Virus record (IMG/VR): IMGVR_UViG_3300027874_000023 | Location: 1 to 36,052 of that record | Direction: 5' to 3' (one strand) | Length of the DNA stretch: 36,052 nt | DNA from: a virus | Taxonomy: Duplodnaviria > Caudoviricetes | Program-made: the position numbers and the translations under genes | The notes under the pieces: model-generated | Seen by the model: the letters and a program-made list of their open reading frames with translations, nothing else | Databases searched by the model: none | What the model was told of the DNA's origin: nothing | In this document: positions 26,385-35,998 of the stretch, in pieces | Numbering within the stretch: the first letter of the stretch is position 1 | Layout of the letters: each line of letters starts with the position of its first letter

Positions 26385-26614
26385 GCGAGCGCTTCACCGT
26401 CCACTCGATCGACGGCTACTCGATCTCGCAGAAGGACCCGACCATGTCCTCCGCAGGCTCCAGGCCTTCCACCGTCTGGTTCGTCTGCGACTCGCTGCAC
26501 CAGTACGCCGACATGGGGATCTTCCGTCCTCGCTCCGGAGGCCCCACCTCCGTCCAGTGCGAGGCGAACGCGCGCGCGCTGGCGAGACGGCTGAATGAGC
26601 GCCTGGCCCCCTGA
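26381..26614 (+). CDS. Hypothetical protein (77 aa)
   Basis: ATGA overlap with the upstream gene. Confidence 0.5.
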   Translation: MSERFTVHSIDGYSISQKDPTMSSAGSRPSTVWFVCDSLHQYADMGIFRPRSGGPTSVQCEANARALARRLNERLAP

Positions 26615-26774
26615 GCGCTGCACGCGCTGGAAGAACGGCCGCCGCGTCAAGTGGACGACCGACTGGAAGCTGGTCGAGAAGGCCTCCGGGCAGAAGGACG
26701 TGAAGATCACCGAGTACCGCTCGCTGAAGCCGGAGTTCAGCGGCTGGGAGATCGAGTGGTGGGAGAGGCGATGA
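26595..26774 (+). CDS. Hypothetical Trp-rich protein (59 aa)
   Basis: Phage-like codon bias; ends in an ATGA overlap with rusA. Confidence 0.5.
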   Translation: MSAWPPERCTRWKNGRRVKWTTDWKLVEKASGQKDVKITEYRSLKPEFSGWEIEWWERR

Positions 26775-27247
26775 GGTTCACCGTCAACGGCGCCCCCCAG
26801 CCCGCCGGGAGCAAGCGAGGCTTCGTGAGTAAGACCGGCAGGGTGATCATCACCGACGACGCGAAAAACTCCCGCCCCTGGAAGGCGCTTGTTGCGGACG
26901 CGGCAGCGCAGGCGATGGGGGACGGGGCAGACCTCTATCACGGCCCCCTGCGCGTCTTCATCGAGTTCTACTTCGTCCGGCCCAAGTCGCACTTCGGCAC
27001 CGGCAGGAACGCGATGAAGCTGAAGCCGTCCGCGCCGAGGTGGCCCGCGGTGAAGCCGGACGTGGACAAGCTGTCGCGCGCGGTGATGGACGCCTGCACC
27101 GGGATCGTCTGGCGTGACGACGCACAAGTTGTGCAGAAGGTTGTGGAGAAACGCTACGCCTCCTGGTCACGCGCGGAGGTGACGGTGGAGATGGCGACCG
27201 ATCTGGGGCTGTTCCCGATCGAGAAGCTGGACTCGCGCAGGATCTGA
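26771..27247 (+). CDS. rusA: RusA-family Holliday junction resolvase
   Basis: PQPAGSK; KPDVDKLSRAVMDACTGIVWRDDAQVV. Confidence 0.9.
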   Translation: MRFTVNGAPQPAGSKRGFVSKTGRVIITDDAKNSRPWKALVADAAAQAMGDGADLYHGPLRVFIEFYFVRPKSHFGTGRNAMKLKPSAPRWPAVKPDVDKLSRAVMDACTGIVWRDDAQVVQKVVEKRYASWSRAEVTVEMATDLGLFPIEKLDSRRI

Positions 27248-27261
27248 CGTAGGCTCCCTCC

Positions 27262-28197
27262 ATGCCCTCTTGGTGGCAGGAGCCATACCCCGGCGCTCCA
27301 CCGCCGAAAGGGCTACCTCCTTTCATCCGCGCTCTCTACCCGCCCTCGGCGAAGAACAAGGGCAAGACCCCCTCCTCCGACGGCCCGGACGTGGAGGCGG
27401 TCAAGCGCGCGGTCTCGCGCCTCGGACGCTGGCCCTGGCAGAGCTTCGATGACTCCTACTCCGACCGCTTCGCACTCGGCGATCCCTCCTCCGTCGTCGG
27501 CAACTCCGGCATGGCCGGGTTCCAGCGCCAGCAAGGAATCGAGGACACCGGTTGGATGGGGGAGACGACCTACAACGCGCTCGCCTACGCGACCATCCCG
27601 GTTGGCCTCCCGCACGCCGGGGAGCCTGCTTTCGACGCGACGGCGATCGACCTGCTCAAGCAGGCGGCGACGGAGACCCCGGCCGGGAAGCTGACCCGCA
27701 AGGCCTTCCCCTCCCCCAACTACTCAGGACGGGGCGGGGTCAGCGTCAGGCTGATCGTCCTGCACACTGCGGAGGGAGCGCGGACGATCGCCGAGCTTGG
27801 GAACTACTTCGCCAACCCCTCCGTTGACGCCAGTTCCCACGTGGGCATAGACGACCAGGCCGGTGTGGTCGGTGAATACGTACAGCGTGCTTCCAAGGCC
27901 TGGACTGCCGCCAACGCCAACCCTGTCGCCGTCCAGGCCGAACTGTGCGGCTTTGCCAGCTGGTCTGCGTCGGAATGGAATCAGCATCCCCAGATGCTGG
28001 AGAATACGGCTCGTTGGATCGCGGAGGAATCGGACGCTTTCTCGATCCCGATCGTCAAGCTGACGAGCACCCAGGCTCAGGGTTCGGGCCGCGGTGTCTG
28101 CCAGCACGTCGATCTGGGGGGATGGGGAGGGGGGCACTGGGACTGTGGCGGCAACTTTCCGATCGACAAGGTTCTGGAGATGGCTAAGGGGTTCTAG
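27262..28197 (+). CDS. Endolysin: N-terminal PG-binding-like domain plus N-acetylmuramoyl-L-alanine amidase
   Basis: FQRQQGIEDTGWMG; SPNYS...IVLHTAEG...ASSH...AELCG...HVDLG...HWDCG. Confidence 0.85.
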   Translation: MPSWWQEPYPGAPPPKGLPPFIRALYPPSAKNKGKTPSSDGPDVEAVKRAVSRLGRWPWQSFDDSYSDRFALGDPSSVVGNSGMAGFQRQQGIEDTGWMGETTYNALAYATIPVGLPHAGEPAFDATAIDLLKQAATETPAGKLTRKAFPSPNYSGRGGVSVRLIVLHTAEGARTIAELGNYFANPSVDASSHVGIDDQAGVVGEYVQRASKAWTAANANPVAVQAELCGFASWSASEWNQHPQMLENTARWIAEESDAFSIPIVKLTSTQAQGSGRGVCQHVDLGGWGGGHWDCGGNFPIDKVLEMAKGF

Positions 28198-28204
28198 AAC
28201 GGGG

Positions 28205-28372
28205 ATGGACGAGCGGATGGAACGGCTGCTGGAGAAGGAGGAGGGCCAAGAGCCGGAACGAGTCGTCTGGCCGGAGCCGCGCGAAGACCCCGAGGAGGAG
28301 CCGTCCGAGCCGTGGGCGCGCTCGGGGCAGCATCCGAAGAAGCCCTTCCCGGGTTGGGAGCGTGAGTCCTGA
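28205..28372 (+). CDS. Small acidic hypothetical protein (55 aa)
   Basis: Fills the gap after the endolysin. Confidence 0.45.
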   Translation: MDERMERLLEKEEGQEPERVVWPEPREDPEEEPSEPWARSGQHPKKPFPGWERES

Positions 28373-28529
28373 ACGGATCGCCGCTCTCGGCGCGCTCCTC
28401 TCGGGCATCGGCAGCGCCCTGGCCTCGATCCGCTACGTGCGCGGCGCACGCCAGCGCGCTCTGGACGACTGTGACAAGCGGATGAAGGCGTACCAGGATG
28501 GGATTCGTGAGGGGCGTAAGCACCCGTGA
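28362..28529 (+). CDS. Small membrane protein; holin candidate (55 aa)
   Basis: MSPERIAALGALLSGIGSALASIRYV..., one hydrophobic segment and a charged tail; close to the endolysin. Confidence 0.5.
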   Translation: MSPERIAALGALLSGIGSALASIRYVRGARQRALDDCDKRMKAYQDGIREGRKHP

Positions 28530-28789
28530 ACCGGCTGCTCGTCTGGCTTCTCTCCGGCTTGGCGCTGGCCGGAGCGTCGGGTTTCCTGGCTGCGACGGCG
28601 ATCGGGGTGGGGACGCAGGCGCCGCAGCGGACGGTGACGATCGATGTTGCGACCGGAGCGACCGGGCCACAGGGGCCGCCGGGGAGTCCGGGGGCGGAGT
28701 CCTGCCCGGACGGGTACACGTTCGGGGCCGTCGTCTTCAACGCGCCGGGCGGGCACCAGCAGCAGATAGCGACCTGCCTCAAGGACTAA
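28526..28789 (+). CDS. Exported protein with short Gly-X-Y repeat; possible lysis accessory
   Basis: N-terminal signal/TM segment; GATGPQGPPGSPG; two Cys. Confidence 0.6.
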   Translation: MNRLLVWLLSGLALAGASGFLAATAIGVGTQAPQRTVTIDVATGATGPQGPPGSPGAESCPDGYTFGAVVFNAPGGHQQQIATCLKD

Positions 28790-28799
28790 GGAGGAGCAG

Positions 28800-28958
28800 A
28801 TGGCGAAGAAGCATCCCGGCTTCAAGAGTGTCCAGTCGAAGATCGCCAAGCAGCAGGGCGTATCGCAGGCCCGGGCCGGGGCGATCCTGGCCGCCTCGAC
28901 ACGCAAGGCCTCGGCGAAGGCGAAGAAGGCGAACCCGCGTCTGAAGAGGGTGAAGTGA
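28800..28958 (+). CDS. Tiny basic protein (52 aa, MAKKHPGFKSVQ...)
   Basis: SD AAGGAGGAG; K/R/A-rich. Confidence 0.75.
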   Translation: MAKKHPGFKSVQSKIAKQQGVSQARAGAILAASTRKASAKAKKANPRLKRVK

Positions 28959-29158
28959 TGGCCGGAAAGACCAGCAACTTCGGCGGCAAGCAGGCGCCTC
29001 CGTTCGGGAAGGGCGGCAGCAAGAAGAAGGTCTCGACCGCGACCCTGAAGAAGCGCGAAGCGGCGCTGGAGAAGACGAAGCGCAAGACGGCCGCCGAGGC
29101 GAGGCTGGAGGCTGAGATCTCCAAGCGCACCGGCAAGCCTTACAAGGGGAAGCGCTGA
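28958..29158 (+). CDS. Tiny basic protein (66 aa)
   Basis: TGATG coupling; K-rich. Confidence 0.7.
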   Translation: MAGKTSNFGGKQAPPFGKGGSKKKVSTATLKKREAALEKTKRKTAAEARLEAEISKRTGKPYKGKR

Positions 29159-29319
29159 TGCCCGGCAAGAAGTACGCCTCGATCAAGAAGCCCGCCATGT
29201 ACGAGGACTTGCGGCAGAAGGGGCTGTCGAAGAGTTCGGCCGCGGCGATCAGTAACGCGGCAGCGGCGGGAACGTTGAAGCACGGCAAGCGTAAACGGAG
29301 GACGAGGAGGACGAAATGA
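29158..29319 (+). CDS. Tiny basic protein (53 aa, MPGKKYASIKKPAMYEDLRQKGLSKSSAAAISNA...)
   Basis: TGATG coupling; SIK...YE.LR.KG.SK..AA.I.NA pattern. Confidence 0.7.
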   Translation: MPGKKYASIKKPAMYEDLRQKGLSKSSAAAISNAAAAGTLKHGKRKRRTRRTK

Positions 29320-29405
29320 ACCGCGTCGTCTCGCTCGGAGACATCGCACTGGCAGTGATCGCCGTCTGCGTGGTGATCGCCGTCTTCAACGGCTGGGGCA
29401 ACTAG
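29316..29405 (+). CDS. Micro membrane peptide (29 aa)
   Basis: SD GAGGAGG; MNRVVSLGDIALAVIAVCVVIAVFNGWGN. Confidence 0.55.
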   Translation: MNRVVSLGDIALAVIAVCVVIAVFNGWGN

Positions 29406-29945
29406 TTGGCGCGAGTCCCGCCTCTGCCGAAGGGGAAGAAGGCCGACTTCACGATCGGCCCTCCTTCGGCGCCTGTTCGTCTGCATGACCCTGTGCTGGC
29501 GAACGTCTGGCGGGCGCTCCATCTTCGCGGCACGCCGCCGCCGGTCTACATGCAGGACATGGGGCCGTTCAACTCCGGCTTTCAGCCCTGGGCGAATCGC
29601 AGCGTCTACCTGTCCCCGAAGGTGGTGCAGGACCTGCGTCGGGGGCCTCTGGCGATGATGGGGCCTGACTGGTCTCGCAGCCCGGGGCGAGGAGAGGGGC
29701 TGCGGGTGCTGGCGCACGAGTACGCACACACGAACCAGCCGCGCGTGTTTCCGCGTCGCCGCTTCGAAGCTGGCGCAGACGCCTATTCGAACTACTCGCT
29801 GCCGGGGCTGAGCAAGGCCCTCGGCTTGCCGCCGAATTCCGTGGGGCAGTCATGGTCGTACCCGAACTTCGTGCGGGCGCTCTACCACTCGCTCGGCCCC
29901 GCCGCGGCGGACAGGTTTGTCGAGCGGGGGCAGTTCGGGCGTTAG
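29406..29945 (+). CDS. Zincin-like metallopeptidase-motif protein
   Basis: VLAHEYAH...FEAGADAY; TTG start is uncertain. Confidence 0.6.
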   Translation: MARVPPLPKGKKADFTIGPPSAPVRLHDPVLANVWRALHLRGTPPPVYMQDMGPFNSGFQPWANRSVYLSPKVVQDLRRGPLAMMGPDWSRSPGRGEGLRVLAHEYAHTNQPRVFPRRRFEAGADAYSNYSLPGLSKALGLPPNSVGQSWSYPNFVRALYHSLGPAAADRFVERGQFGR

Positions 29946-30001
29946 GCTCGATCGGGGCGCGGCTTAGTGGAGGGCCGCGCCCCTTTCCACGTGAAAACGG
30001 G

Positions 30002-30328
30002 CTACGGACGGCAGGCCCACGGCCTCCAGCCCGCAGTGCGCCAGTAGCGGGAGGCGGCTCTCGCCTGGCCCCAGGCCGTCCAGGAGTGTCCGTAGCGGGC
30101 ACGCTCCAAACTGCCCATCTGGAACAGGCCCAGGTACTGGCCGTTGTGGGCGTAGACGTTCCAGCGTGACTCGCACCAGGCCACCGTCTCGGCCTCCTGC
30201 CAGTGCGAGCCGAACCAGTAGACGATCGCTTGGTGAACTGAGGCCGGTGCGCTGTATGTTCCAGATCCTGCTTGCTGGGGAGCGAGTAGGAACGCGAGCG
30301 CGCCCGCCAAGGCGGCGAGGGCTTTCAC
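30002..30328 (-). CDS. Secreted lytic transglycosylase-like protein
   Basis: Signal peptide; VAWCESRWN...NGQYLGLFQM...GWRPWAC; SD AAGGAGG. Confidence 0.75.
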   Translation of the reverse strand: MKALAALAGALAFLLAPQQAGSGTYSAPASVHQAIVYWFGSHWQEAETVAWCESRWNVYAHNGQYLGLFQMGSLERARYGHSWTAWGQARAASRYWRTAGWRPWACRP

Positions 30329-30413
30329 ACGGGTGTCCTCCTTGCTACGGCGGGCCGCTCACACCAGCGACGCGGCCCTCGTTGTCAAGATCGGCAGAGC
30401 ATAATCGGATCGG

Positions 30414-32108
30414 ATGACGACCGCAGCCCCGGCGATCTACGAGGAGGCCGAGCGGATCCGCGCCCTCCGTTTCCTACGCCGGAGGCGTGCGAAGGAGCAC
30501 GCGGCCTTCCTGATGCAGTTCATGCACTGCGTCGATGCGAAGACCGGCGAGGAGTTCGACTTCGACCTCCTGACCGAGGAGGAGCGTCGCTCGATCAGCT
30601 TGGGGGGGGAGCCGGGCAAGTGGTTCTGGCACCGCCAGGTCCTGGACGACTGGCAGGCGCAGGAGGTGAGCCTGGAGTACAAGGCCCGTCAGATCGGCGT
30701 CACCTGGCTCGCGGCGGGCTACGGCCTCTGGCTGGCGCTCTACCGGCCCGGCACCAGGGTGCTGATCATCTCGATCAACCTGGAGGAGGCGCAGAAGGTG
30801 ATCGCCCGCGTCTGGGGGATGTACCTCTCCCTGCCCGAGCACCTCCGCGAGCACGTGCAGCTGATCAAGCCTTCGCGCGGAGGCGCTCCCTCGCAGGAGA
30901 TCGAGTGGCTCGACCCCACCACCAACAAGCGCTCCTCCATCCTCGCCCTCCCCTCCACGCCCAAGGCGGGCCACGGCGAGACGGCGGCGCTGGTGATTCT
31001 GGACGAGTTCGCGCGGCAGGACTTCGCGCGCGAGTCCTGGAAGGCGGCCTTCCCGATCATCGACGGCGGCGGCAGGGCGATCATCATCTCGACCGCCAAC
31101 GGTGTCTCCTCCGAGGACACCGAGGGGGAGGCGCAGGGGAACTTCTTCCACTACCTCTGGGTCAACTCCGACTCGATGGGGATCGACAAGCGCTTCTTCA
31201 GCGTCTTCACCCACCCCGACCGCGACCAGACCTGGTACGAGACCCGGGCGCGCAGGCTCCCCCCGAGCGACCGGGCCGAGATGTACCCGCGCAGCCCCGA
31301 GGAGGGCTTCATCTCCTCCGGCCGCTGCTGGTTCGACCTGGAGAAGCTGAACGAGTACCAGCAGCGCTGGCGGAAGGAGAAGCGCAAGTTCCTCTACCGG
31401 ATGGACTTCCTCGACAAGCCGGGCTTCGCCACGGTCAAGCGGGGCAAGCACGGCTTCTGGCGGGTCTACGAGGAGCCGAAGGACGGGCACGGCTACGCGA
31501 TCGCCGCGGACGTCGCCACCGGCTCCGGGGACGACTTCTCGGCCGCCTTCGTGATCGACCTGACGAACGGCAGGTGGGTGGCCGAGTTCCACGGCAAGAT
31601 CGAGGAGGACCTGTTTGGCGTGCAGCTGTACTTCATGGGGCGCCGCTACCACGACGCGCTGGTCGCGGTTGAGACGCAGGGCGGCTACGGGCGCACGACG
31701 GTCGTCTCGATGCGGACGGTGATCAAGGGCCGCACGCCCTACGCGAAGATGTACCGGCACCGAATCGGTTTCGAAGAGACGACCAACCCGGACGACCGTG
31801 AGGGCTACGGCTTCCCGATGAACCAGTCCACCAGGCCGCTGGTGATCGCGCAGCTGGAGGAATGGATCCGGGACGAGCTTTGCCCCTGGATCAGCCCCGA
31901 ACTCGACTCGGAGCTACGGACGTTTTCCAAGCGGGAAACGCGACCCTCGCCGCGCGCCCTCGACGGCTGCAACGACGACCGCGTGATGGCCGCCGGGGTT
32001 TCGCTTGAGATGTACCGACTGTATGGTCACCACGAACGCAAGCGCCGCCGCAAGCCGCAGAGACAGCGCTGGAGAGAGTCGATGTACGCGCACGAAGTCC
32101 GAGCCTAA
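30414..32108 (+). CDS. terL: Terminase large subunit
   Basis: KARQIGVT (Walker A); VILDEFA (Walker B); ISTANG; AADVATGSGDDFS; NDDRVMA. Confidence 0.95.
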   Translation: MTTAAPAIYEEAERIRALRFLRRRRAKEHAAFLMQFMHCVDAKTGEEFDFDLLTEEERRSISLGGEPGKWFWHRQVLDDWQAQEVSLEYKARQIGVTWLAAGYGLWLALYRPGTRVLIISINLEEAQKVIARVWGMYLSLPEHLREHVQLIKPSRGGAPSQEIEWLDPTTNKRSSILALPSTPKAGHGETAALVILDEFARQDFARESWKAAFPIIDGGGRAIIISTANGVSSEDTEGEAQGNFFHYLWVNSDSMGIDKRFFSVFTHPDRDQTWYETRARRLPPSDRAEMYPRSPEEGFISSGRCWFDLEKLNEYQQRWRKEKRKFLYRMDFLDKPGFATVKRGKHGFWRVYEEPKDGHGYAIAADVATGSGDDFSAAFVIDLTNGRWVAEFHGKIEEDLFGVQLYFMGRRYHDALVAVETQGGYGRTTVVSMRTVIKGRTPYAKMYRHRIGFEETTNPDDREGYGFPMNQSTRPLVIAQLEEWIRDELCPWISPELDSELRTFSKRETRPSPRALDGCNDDRVMAAGVSLEMYRLYGHHERKRRRKPQRQRWRESMYAHEVRA

Positions 32109-32118
32109 GGAGGCAACG

Positions 32119-32631
32119 ATGGCGATGGATCTGATCGCAGGACGTGCTGCACCCGGGGGTCTCGCCCCTCCCGTCGGCCCTCCTGGCCCTCCTCCTCCGG
32201 GTCTCGCCGCCCTGCTGGGCGCCGCGGGGCCGCCGCCCGACCAGTCTGGGATGCCGCCCGATCAATCCGGTCTCCCGCCCGACCAGGGCCTTCCGCCCGA
32301 TCAGTCCGGCCAGTTCGCCGCCGACCAGGGCGGCCCGCCCGACCAGAGCCAGCAGCTGTCGGAGCCGGAGGCGCTCGACAACGTCCTCAGCGCGATTGAC
32401 GACTACATGTCGATCGGCACTCTCAGCGAGCAGGACAAGCTGATCGCCGAGAAAATGTCCACGATGGCGCAGCAGCTGAAGGCGTCGAACGAGAAGATGT
32501 CCGACCAACTCTCCGGAGGCAGCCCGGCTGCTCGCAAGGCCCTCAGCGGCGCTGCCGGTGGCGCACTGTCTCCTGGCAACGGCGGCAACGGCGGCGGCGG
32601 GGGCGGTGGAGGCGGCCAGGGCGGCTACTGA
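32119..32631 (+). CDS. Pro/Gly-rich hypothetical protein with PPDQ repeats (170 aa)
   Basis: SD AAGGAGG then ATG 32119; TGATG coupling to the portal gene. Confidence 0.7.
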   Translation: MAMDLIAGRAAPGGLAPPVGPPGPPPPGLAALLGAAGPPPDQSGMPPDQSGLPPDQGLPPDQSGQFAADQGGPPDQSQQLSEPEALDNVLSAIDDYMSIGTLSEQDKLIAEKMSTMAQQLKASNEKMSDQLSGGSPAARKALSGAAGGALSPGNGGNGGGGGGGGGQGGY

Positions 32632-34574
32632 TGGCGAAGACGCCCCCTTCCTACAACCCGCCGCAGAAGGACAAGGCGGCGATCGAAGAGGTCATTCGTT
32701 GCGTCGATGAAGCCCGGCGCTGGCACAACGCCTTCGCTCGCAAGGTCGAGAAGCGCTACGAGGCCTGGCGGGGGATGCTCCCCTCGGGGAGCAGCAAGCC
32801 TCCGGGCTGGCGCTCTCAACAGCATCCTCCCTACCTGATCAACATCGTGGAAGGGATGCTCTCCTCGCTGGAGGAGGAGAACCCGCTCTGGACGGTCACC
32901 CCGAGGGCGCTCCCGGAGATGACCGCCGCCGAGGCGATGATGGCTGCCGACGGCGCCGATATCGCCTCCTACCTGCTCACTCACCAGATGCGGGTCGATC
33001 AGTTCGCGGAGAAGGCAGGCCCCTTCTCCCACCAGGACCTGATCGCCGGGTTCACGGTCGGGAAGGTCTTCTGGCTGAAGAAGGAGGTCTCGCACCACTA
33101 CCTGGACGAGACTCCCGCGCTGATGTACGACGAGACGGGCGGCACGATCGACATCGCCAACTCGCTGGAGGAGACGACCGACCTCGTCCTGCTCCGCGAC
33201 GACCCGACCCTGGAGGTCAGGGACGTGCGCGACTTCATGTACCCGGAGTCGGCGACCTCGATCGACACGGCTCCCTGGGTGATCGACCGCACCTACGTCA
33301 CCTACGACACGCTGGAGAAGCTGGAGGCGCTCGGCGTCTACAAGAACGTCAAGTACGTCAGAGAGACGCACATGGACGAGACGCCGCAGACCACCGACCC
33401 GGTGATGGAGCGCGAGCGGCGGCTACGGAACATCGACCGCACGCGCGGCCTGGTCGAGATCGTTGAGCTTTGGACGGACGACAAGGTGGTCACGGTTGCG
33501 AACGGCTCCGTGCTGCTCCGCAACGACTTCAACCCCTTCACGCACGGGCGCAAGCCGTTCGTGATCTGCTCGGCGATCCCCGACCTGTTCCAGATCCCCG
33601 GCGTGAGCGTGATCGAGGGACTGGCGCAGATGCAGGAGATGCTCTGGACGCTGACCAACCTGCGCCTCGACGCGACCAGGATCGCGGCCAACGTGATCAC
33701 GATGATCCGCGGCGATGTCGATGACCCGGAGCAGTACGAGTGGGCACCGGAGGCGCAGTGGATCGTCCCCGACCCGAACGCGGTCAAGGTCATGGACATG
33801 TCGGCTGTCGCCGCAGCCGCGGCCTCCACGCTCCAGGCGGAGGGCCTGCTCCGCGGCGATATCCAGAACGTGATGGGCGGTCTTCCCTTCACCGGGGGCG
33901 CGCAGTCGCAGACGCTGCCGACCGACACGGCGACCGGCGTCTCGATCGTGACCAACATCGCCCAGGCGATCCTCGCCCGGCGCAAGTCCCAGTACCAGCG
34001 GGCGTTCGGGAAGATCGGGCAGATGTTCCTGGAACTCGACCAGCAATTCCTGCGCGAGAACAAGCTGGTCGAGATTCTCGGCGCGGACAACACGCGCCGT
34101 TACCTGGAGGTCAGCCCGTTGGACATCCAGGGGATCTACGACGTGGAGTTGGACGTCACCGGAGAGTCGATGCTGCGCCAGGAGCGCCGCGCCGAGAGTC
34201 AGGCGCTGGTGACGATGGCGGTGCAGTCGGCGATCATCATGGCCCAGGCCGGTCAGCCGCTGAACTTGCGCCGCTTCTGGGAGAAGCTGCTCGACTCCTA
34301 CAGCATCACCGACAAGGCGACCTACTTCTCCGACACGCCCGCGCCGCAGCTTCAGGCGCCGCAGGGGGCCGGGCAGTCGGGGCAGTCCGGTGCCGTCCCG
34401 CCGACGCCGCCGCAGATCATGGCGCCGAGTAACGGCAACGGCACGGCGCCGCAAGGGATCACGAATCCTTCCCTGGCCGCCGGGCCGACCTCCCCCTCCT
34501 CTCCGGTCAGCATGTCGGCTTCGGCGCCGATGCAGCAGGCGCTGGCGCGCACGGGCGCGGGTAGGTCTGCATGA
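32631..34574 (+). CDS. Portal protein (P22/podovirus-like)
   Basis: Position after TerL; NPFTHGRKPF...PGVSVIE...MQ; TATGVS; long Q/P-rich C-terminus. Confidence 0.85.
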   Translation: MAKTPPSYNPPQKDKAAIEEVIRCVDEARRWHNAFARKVEKRYEAWRGMLPSGSSKPPGWRSQQHPPYLINIVEGMLSSLEEENPLWTVTPRALPEMTAAEAMMAADGADIASYLLTHQMRVDQFAEKAGPFSHQDLIAGFTVGKVFWLKKEVSHHYLDETPALMYDETGGTIDIANSLEETTDLVLLRDDPTLEVRDVRDFMYPESATSIDTAPWVIDRTYVTYDTLEKLEALGVYKNVKYVRETHMDETPQTTDPVMERERRLRNIDRTRGLVEIVELWTDDKVVTVANGSVLLRNDFNPFTHGRKPFVICSAIPDLFQIPGVSVIEGLAQMQEMLWTLTNLRLDATRIAANVITMIRGDVDDPEQYEWAPEAQWIVPDPNAVKVMDMSAVAAAAASTLQAEGLLRGDIQNVMGGLPFTGGAQSQTLPTDTATGVSIVTNIAQAILARRKSQYQRAFGKIGQMFLELDQQFLRENKLVEILGADNTRRYLEVSPLDIQGIYDVELDVTGESMLRQERRAESQALVTMAVQSAIIMAQAGQPLNLRRFWEKLLDSYSITDKATYFSDTPAPQLQAPQGAGQSGQSGAVPPTPPQIMAPSNGNGTAPQGITNPSLAAGPTSPSSPVSMSASAPMQQALARTGAGRSA

Positions 34575-34888
34575 ACGAGGAGTCGGAACGGATCCTGCGC
34601 CACCGGGCCGAACTGCTCTCCGGGCTGCTCAAGCAGGAGGGATTCCAGCTGCTGGAGGAGACGCTCTTGAGGAAGGAGAAGCAGCTGTCGGAGACGCACT
34701 GGTCGATCCTGATGTCGGACGAGCCGCCGCCTGACATCGCCGAGAAGACGGTCGAGTTGAAGGGGTTCCTGCGCGGGATGCGCTACGCGATCGCCATCCC
34801 CAAGGGGGCCGAGCGGAAGCGAAACGGAGAGGTCGAACTTGAAGACGAGGAGATCGAGGATGGGTGGAGCGCATGGGTAGTGAGATAG
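34571..34888 (+). CDS. Small protein between portal and scaffold
   Basis: ATGA overlap; typical podovirus head-module position. Confidence 0.65.
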   Translation: MNEESERILRHRAELLSGLLKQEGFQLLEETLLRKEKQLSETHWSILMSDEPPPDIAEKTVELKGFLRGMRYAIAIPKGAERKRNGEVELEDEEIEDGWSAWVVR

Positions 34889-35937
34889 AGGATCCGAACC
34901 TGGCCGACCTGCCGGACGAGGCCTACGAGGAGGTCGGCGAAGAGGGACTGAACGTCCCGCAGCTGGAGCTACGGATCCGCGCCAAGCGCGAGCAGGCGAT
35001 GCAGGACGCCGGGCTGCTCTCTCCGCCGGGTCCGGACGAGCCGATTGAGGAAGTTCCCGAGGAGGAGCCGGAGTCGGAGCCGGTTGAGCCAGAGGAGCCG
35101 GAGCAGGAGGAGCGGCAGGAGGACTTTTACCTCGCCCGCTACAAGACACGCGAGGAGGCGGAACGGGGCCACGCGGAGAAGGACGCGACGATCGACCGTC
35201 TCTACCGTGAGCGGGCAGAGCGGGACCAGCAGCAGGAGCAGCAGGCGCAGGGGGAAGAGCAGGGCTTCGATCCGCAGGCCTGGAGCGAATGGGCGGCCGA
35301 GGCCGTCGCCAACGGCGCCGCCGAGCAGGGAGCGATGGCCGCGCTCAACGCCCCCAACGGGGGCGAGCGCGCCCTCGACATCTACATCGCGCACTGGATG
35401 GACGACCCAGATCAGCGCGGTCAGGCGCTCGCCTTCAACAACGCCGCCACTCGCCATCTCGCCACGCAGCTTGCCCTCCAGGCCGTCGCGCCGCTCTTAC
35501 GAGATCGGCAGGCCCAGGAGACCGAGAACGAAGCCGTTCGGGCGCGTGCGACCCTGGCTTCCAGGCATCCCGACTACGAGGAGATGGAGCGGGAGATGGA
35601 TCGCCTGGTGCTGGAGGAGAACGGCGTTCTCGATGACGACCAGAAGCAGTGGCTGGAGGACACGGCCCGCGAGAAGGGCTTCCAGGGCAAGGTCCACGTG
35701 CTGGAGTACCTCTACTCGGTCGCTTCCCAGACCACCACTCCGCAGCGGCGCAAGGCTCAGGCGGCTGAGCGCGGCCGTAGAAAAGCGGCCTCCGATGCCG
35801 CTAAAGTCTCGGCAACCGTGTCTTCCTCCGAGGCCACCGGCACTCGCACCCCTCTCTCCGAGGCCGAGCTAGCCGTCCGCGCGAAGAAGAACGCGATCCG
35901 AGCGAAGCTGGGCCAGCCCTTACTCCCGACGGAGTAG
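34873..35937 (+). CDS. Capsid scaffolding protein (probable)
   Basis: Acidic N-terminus; YLARYKTREEAERGH; helical; directly before the presumed capsid gene. Confidence 0.7.
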   Translation: MGSEIEDPNLADLPDEAYEEVGEEGLNVPQLELRIRAKREQAMQDAGLLSPPGPDEPIEEVPEEEPESEPVEPEEPEQEERQEDFYLARYKTREEAERGHAEKDATIDRLYRERAERDQQQEQQAQGEEQGFDPQAWSEWAAEAVANGAAEQGAMAALNAPNGGERALDIYIAHWMDDPDQRGQALAFNNAATRHLATQLALQAVAPLLRDRQAQETENEAVRARATLASRHPDYEEMEREMDRLVLEENGVLDDDQKQWLEDTAREKGFQGKVHVLEYLYSVASQTTTPQRRKAQAAERGRRKAASDAAKVSATVSSSEATGTRTPLSEAELAVRAKKNAIRAKLGQPLLPTE

Positions 35938-35998
35938 CTGCACCCCCTCCTTCAGCGGAGACAACTGAGTTCGCAGTCTCGGTCTGAAAGGAGTCCCT

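Noticed and set aside
30382-30405. TTGTCA...CATAAT as a canonical -35/-10 pair for terL
   Set aside because: Spacing is only 12 nt; only the -10 is plausible
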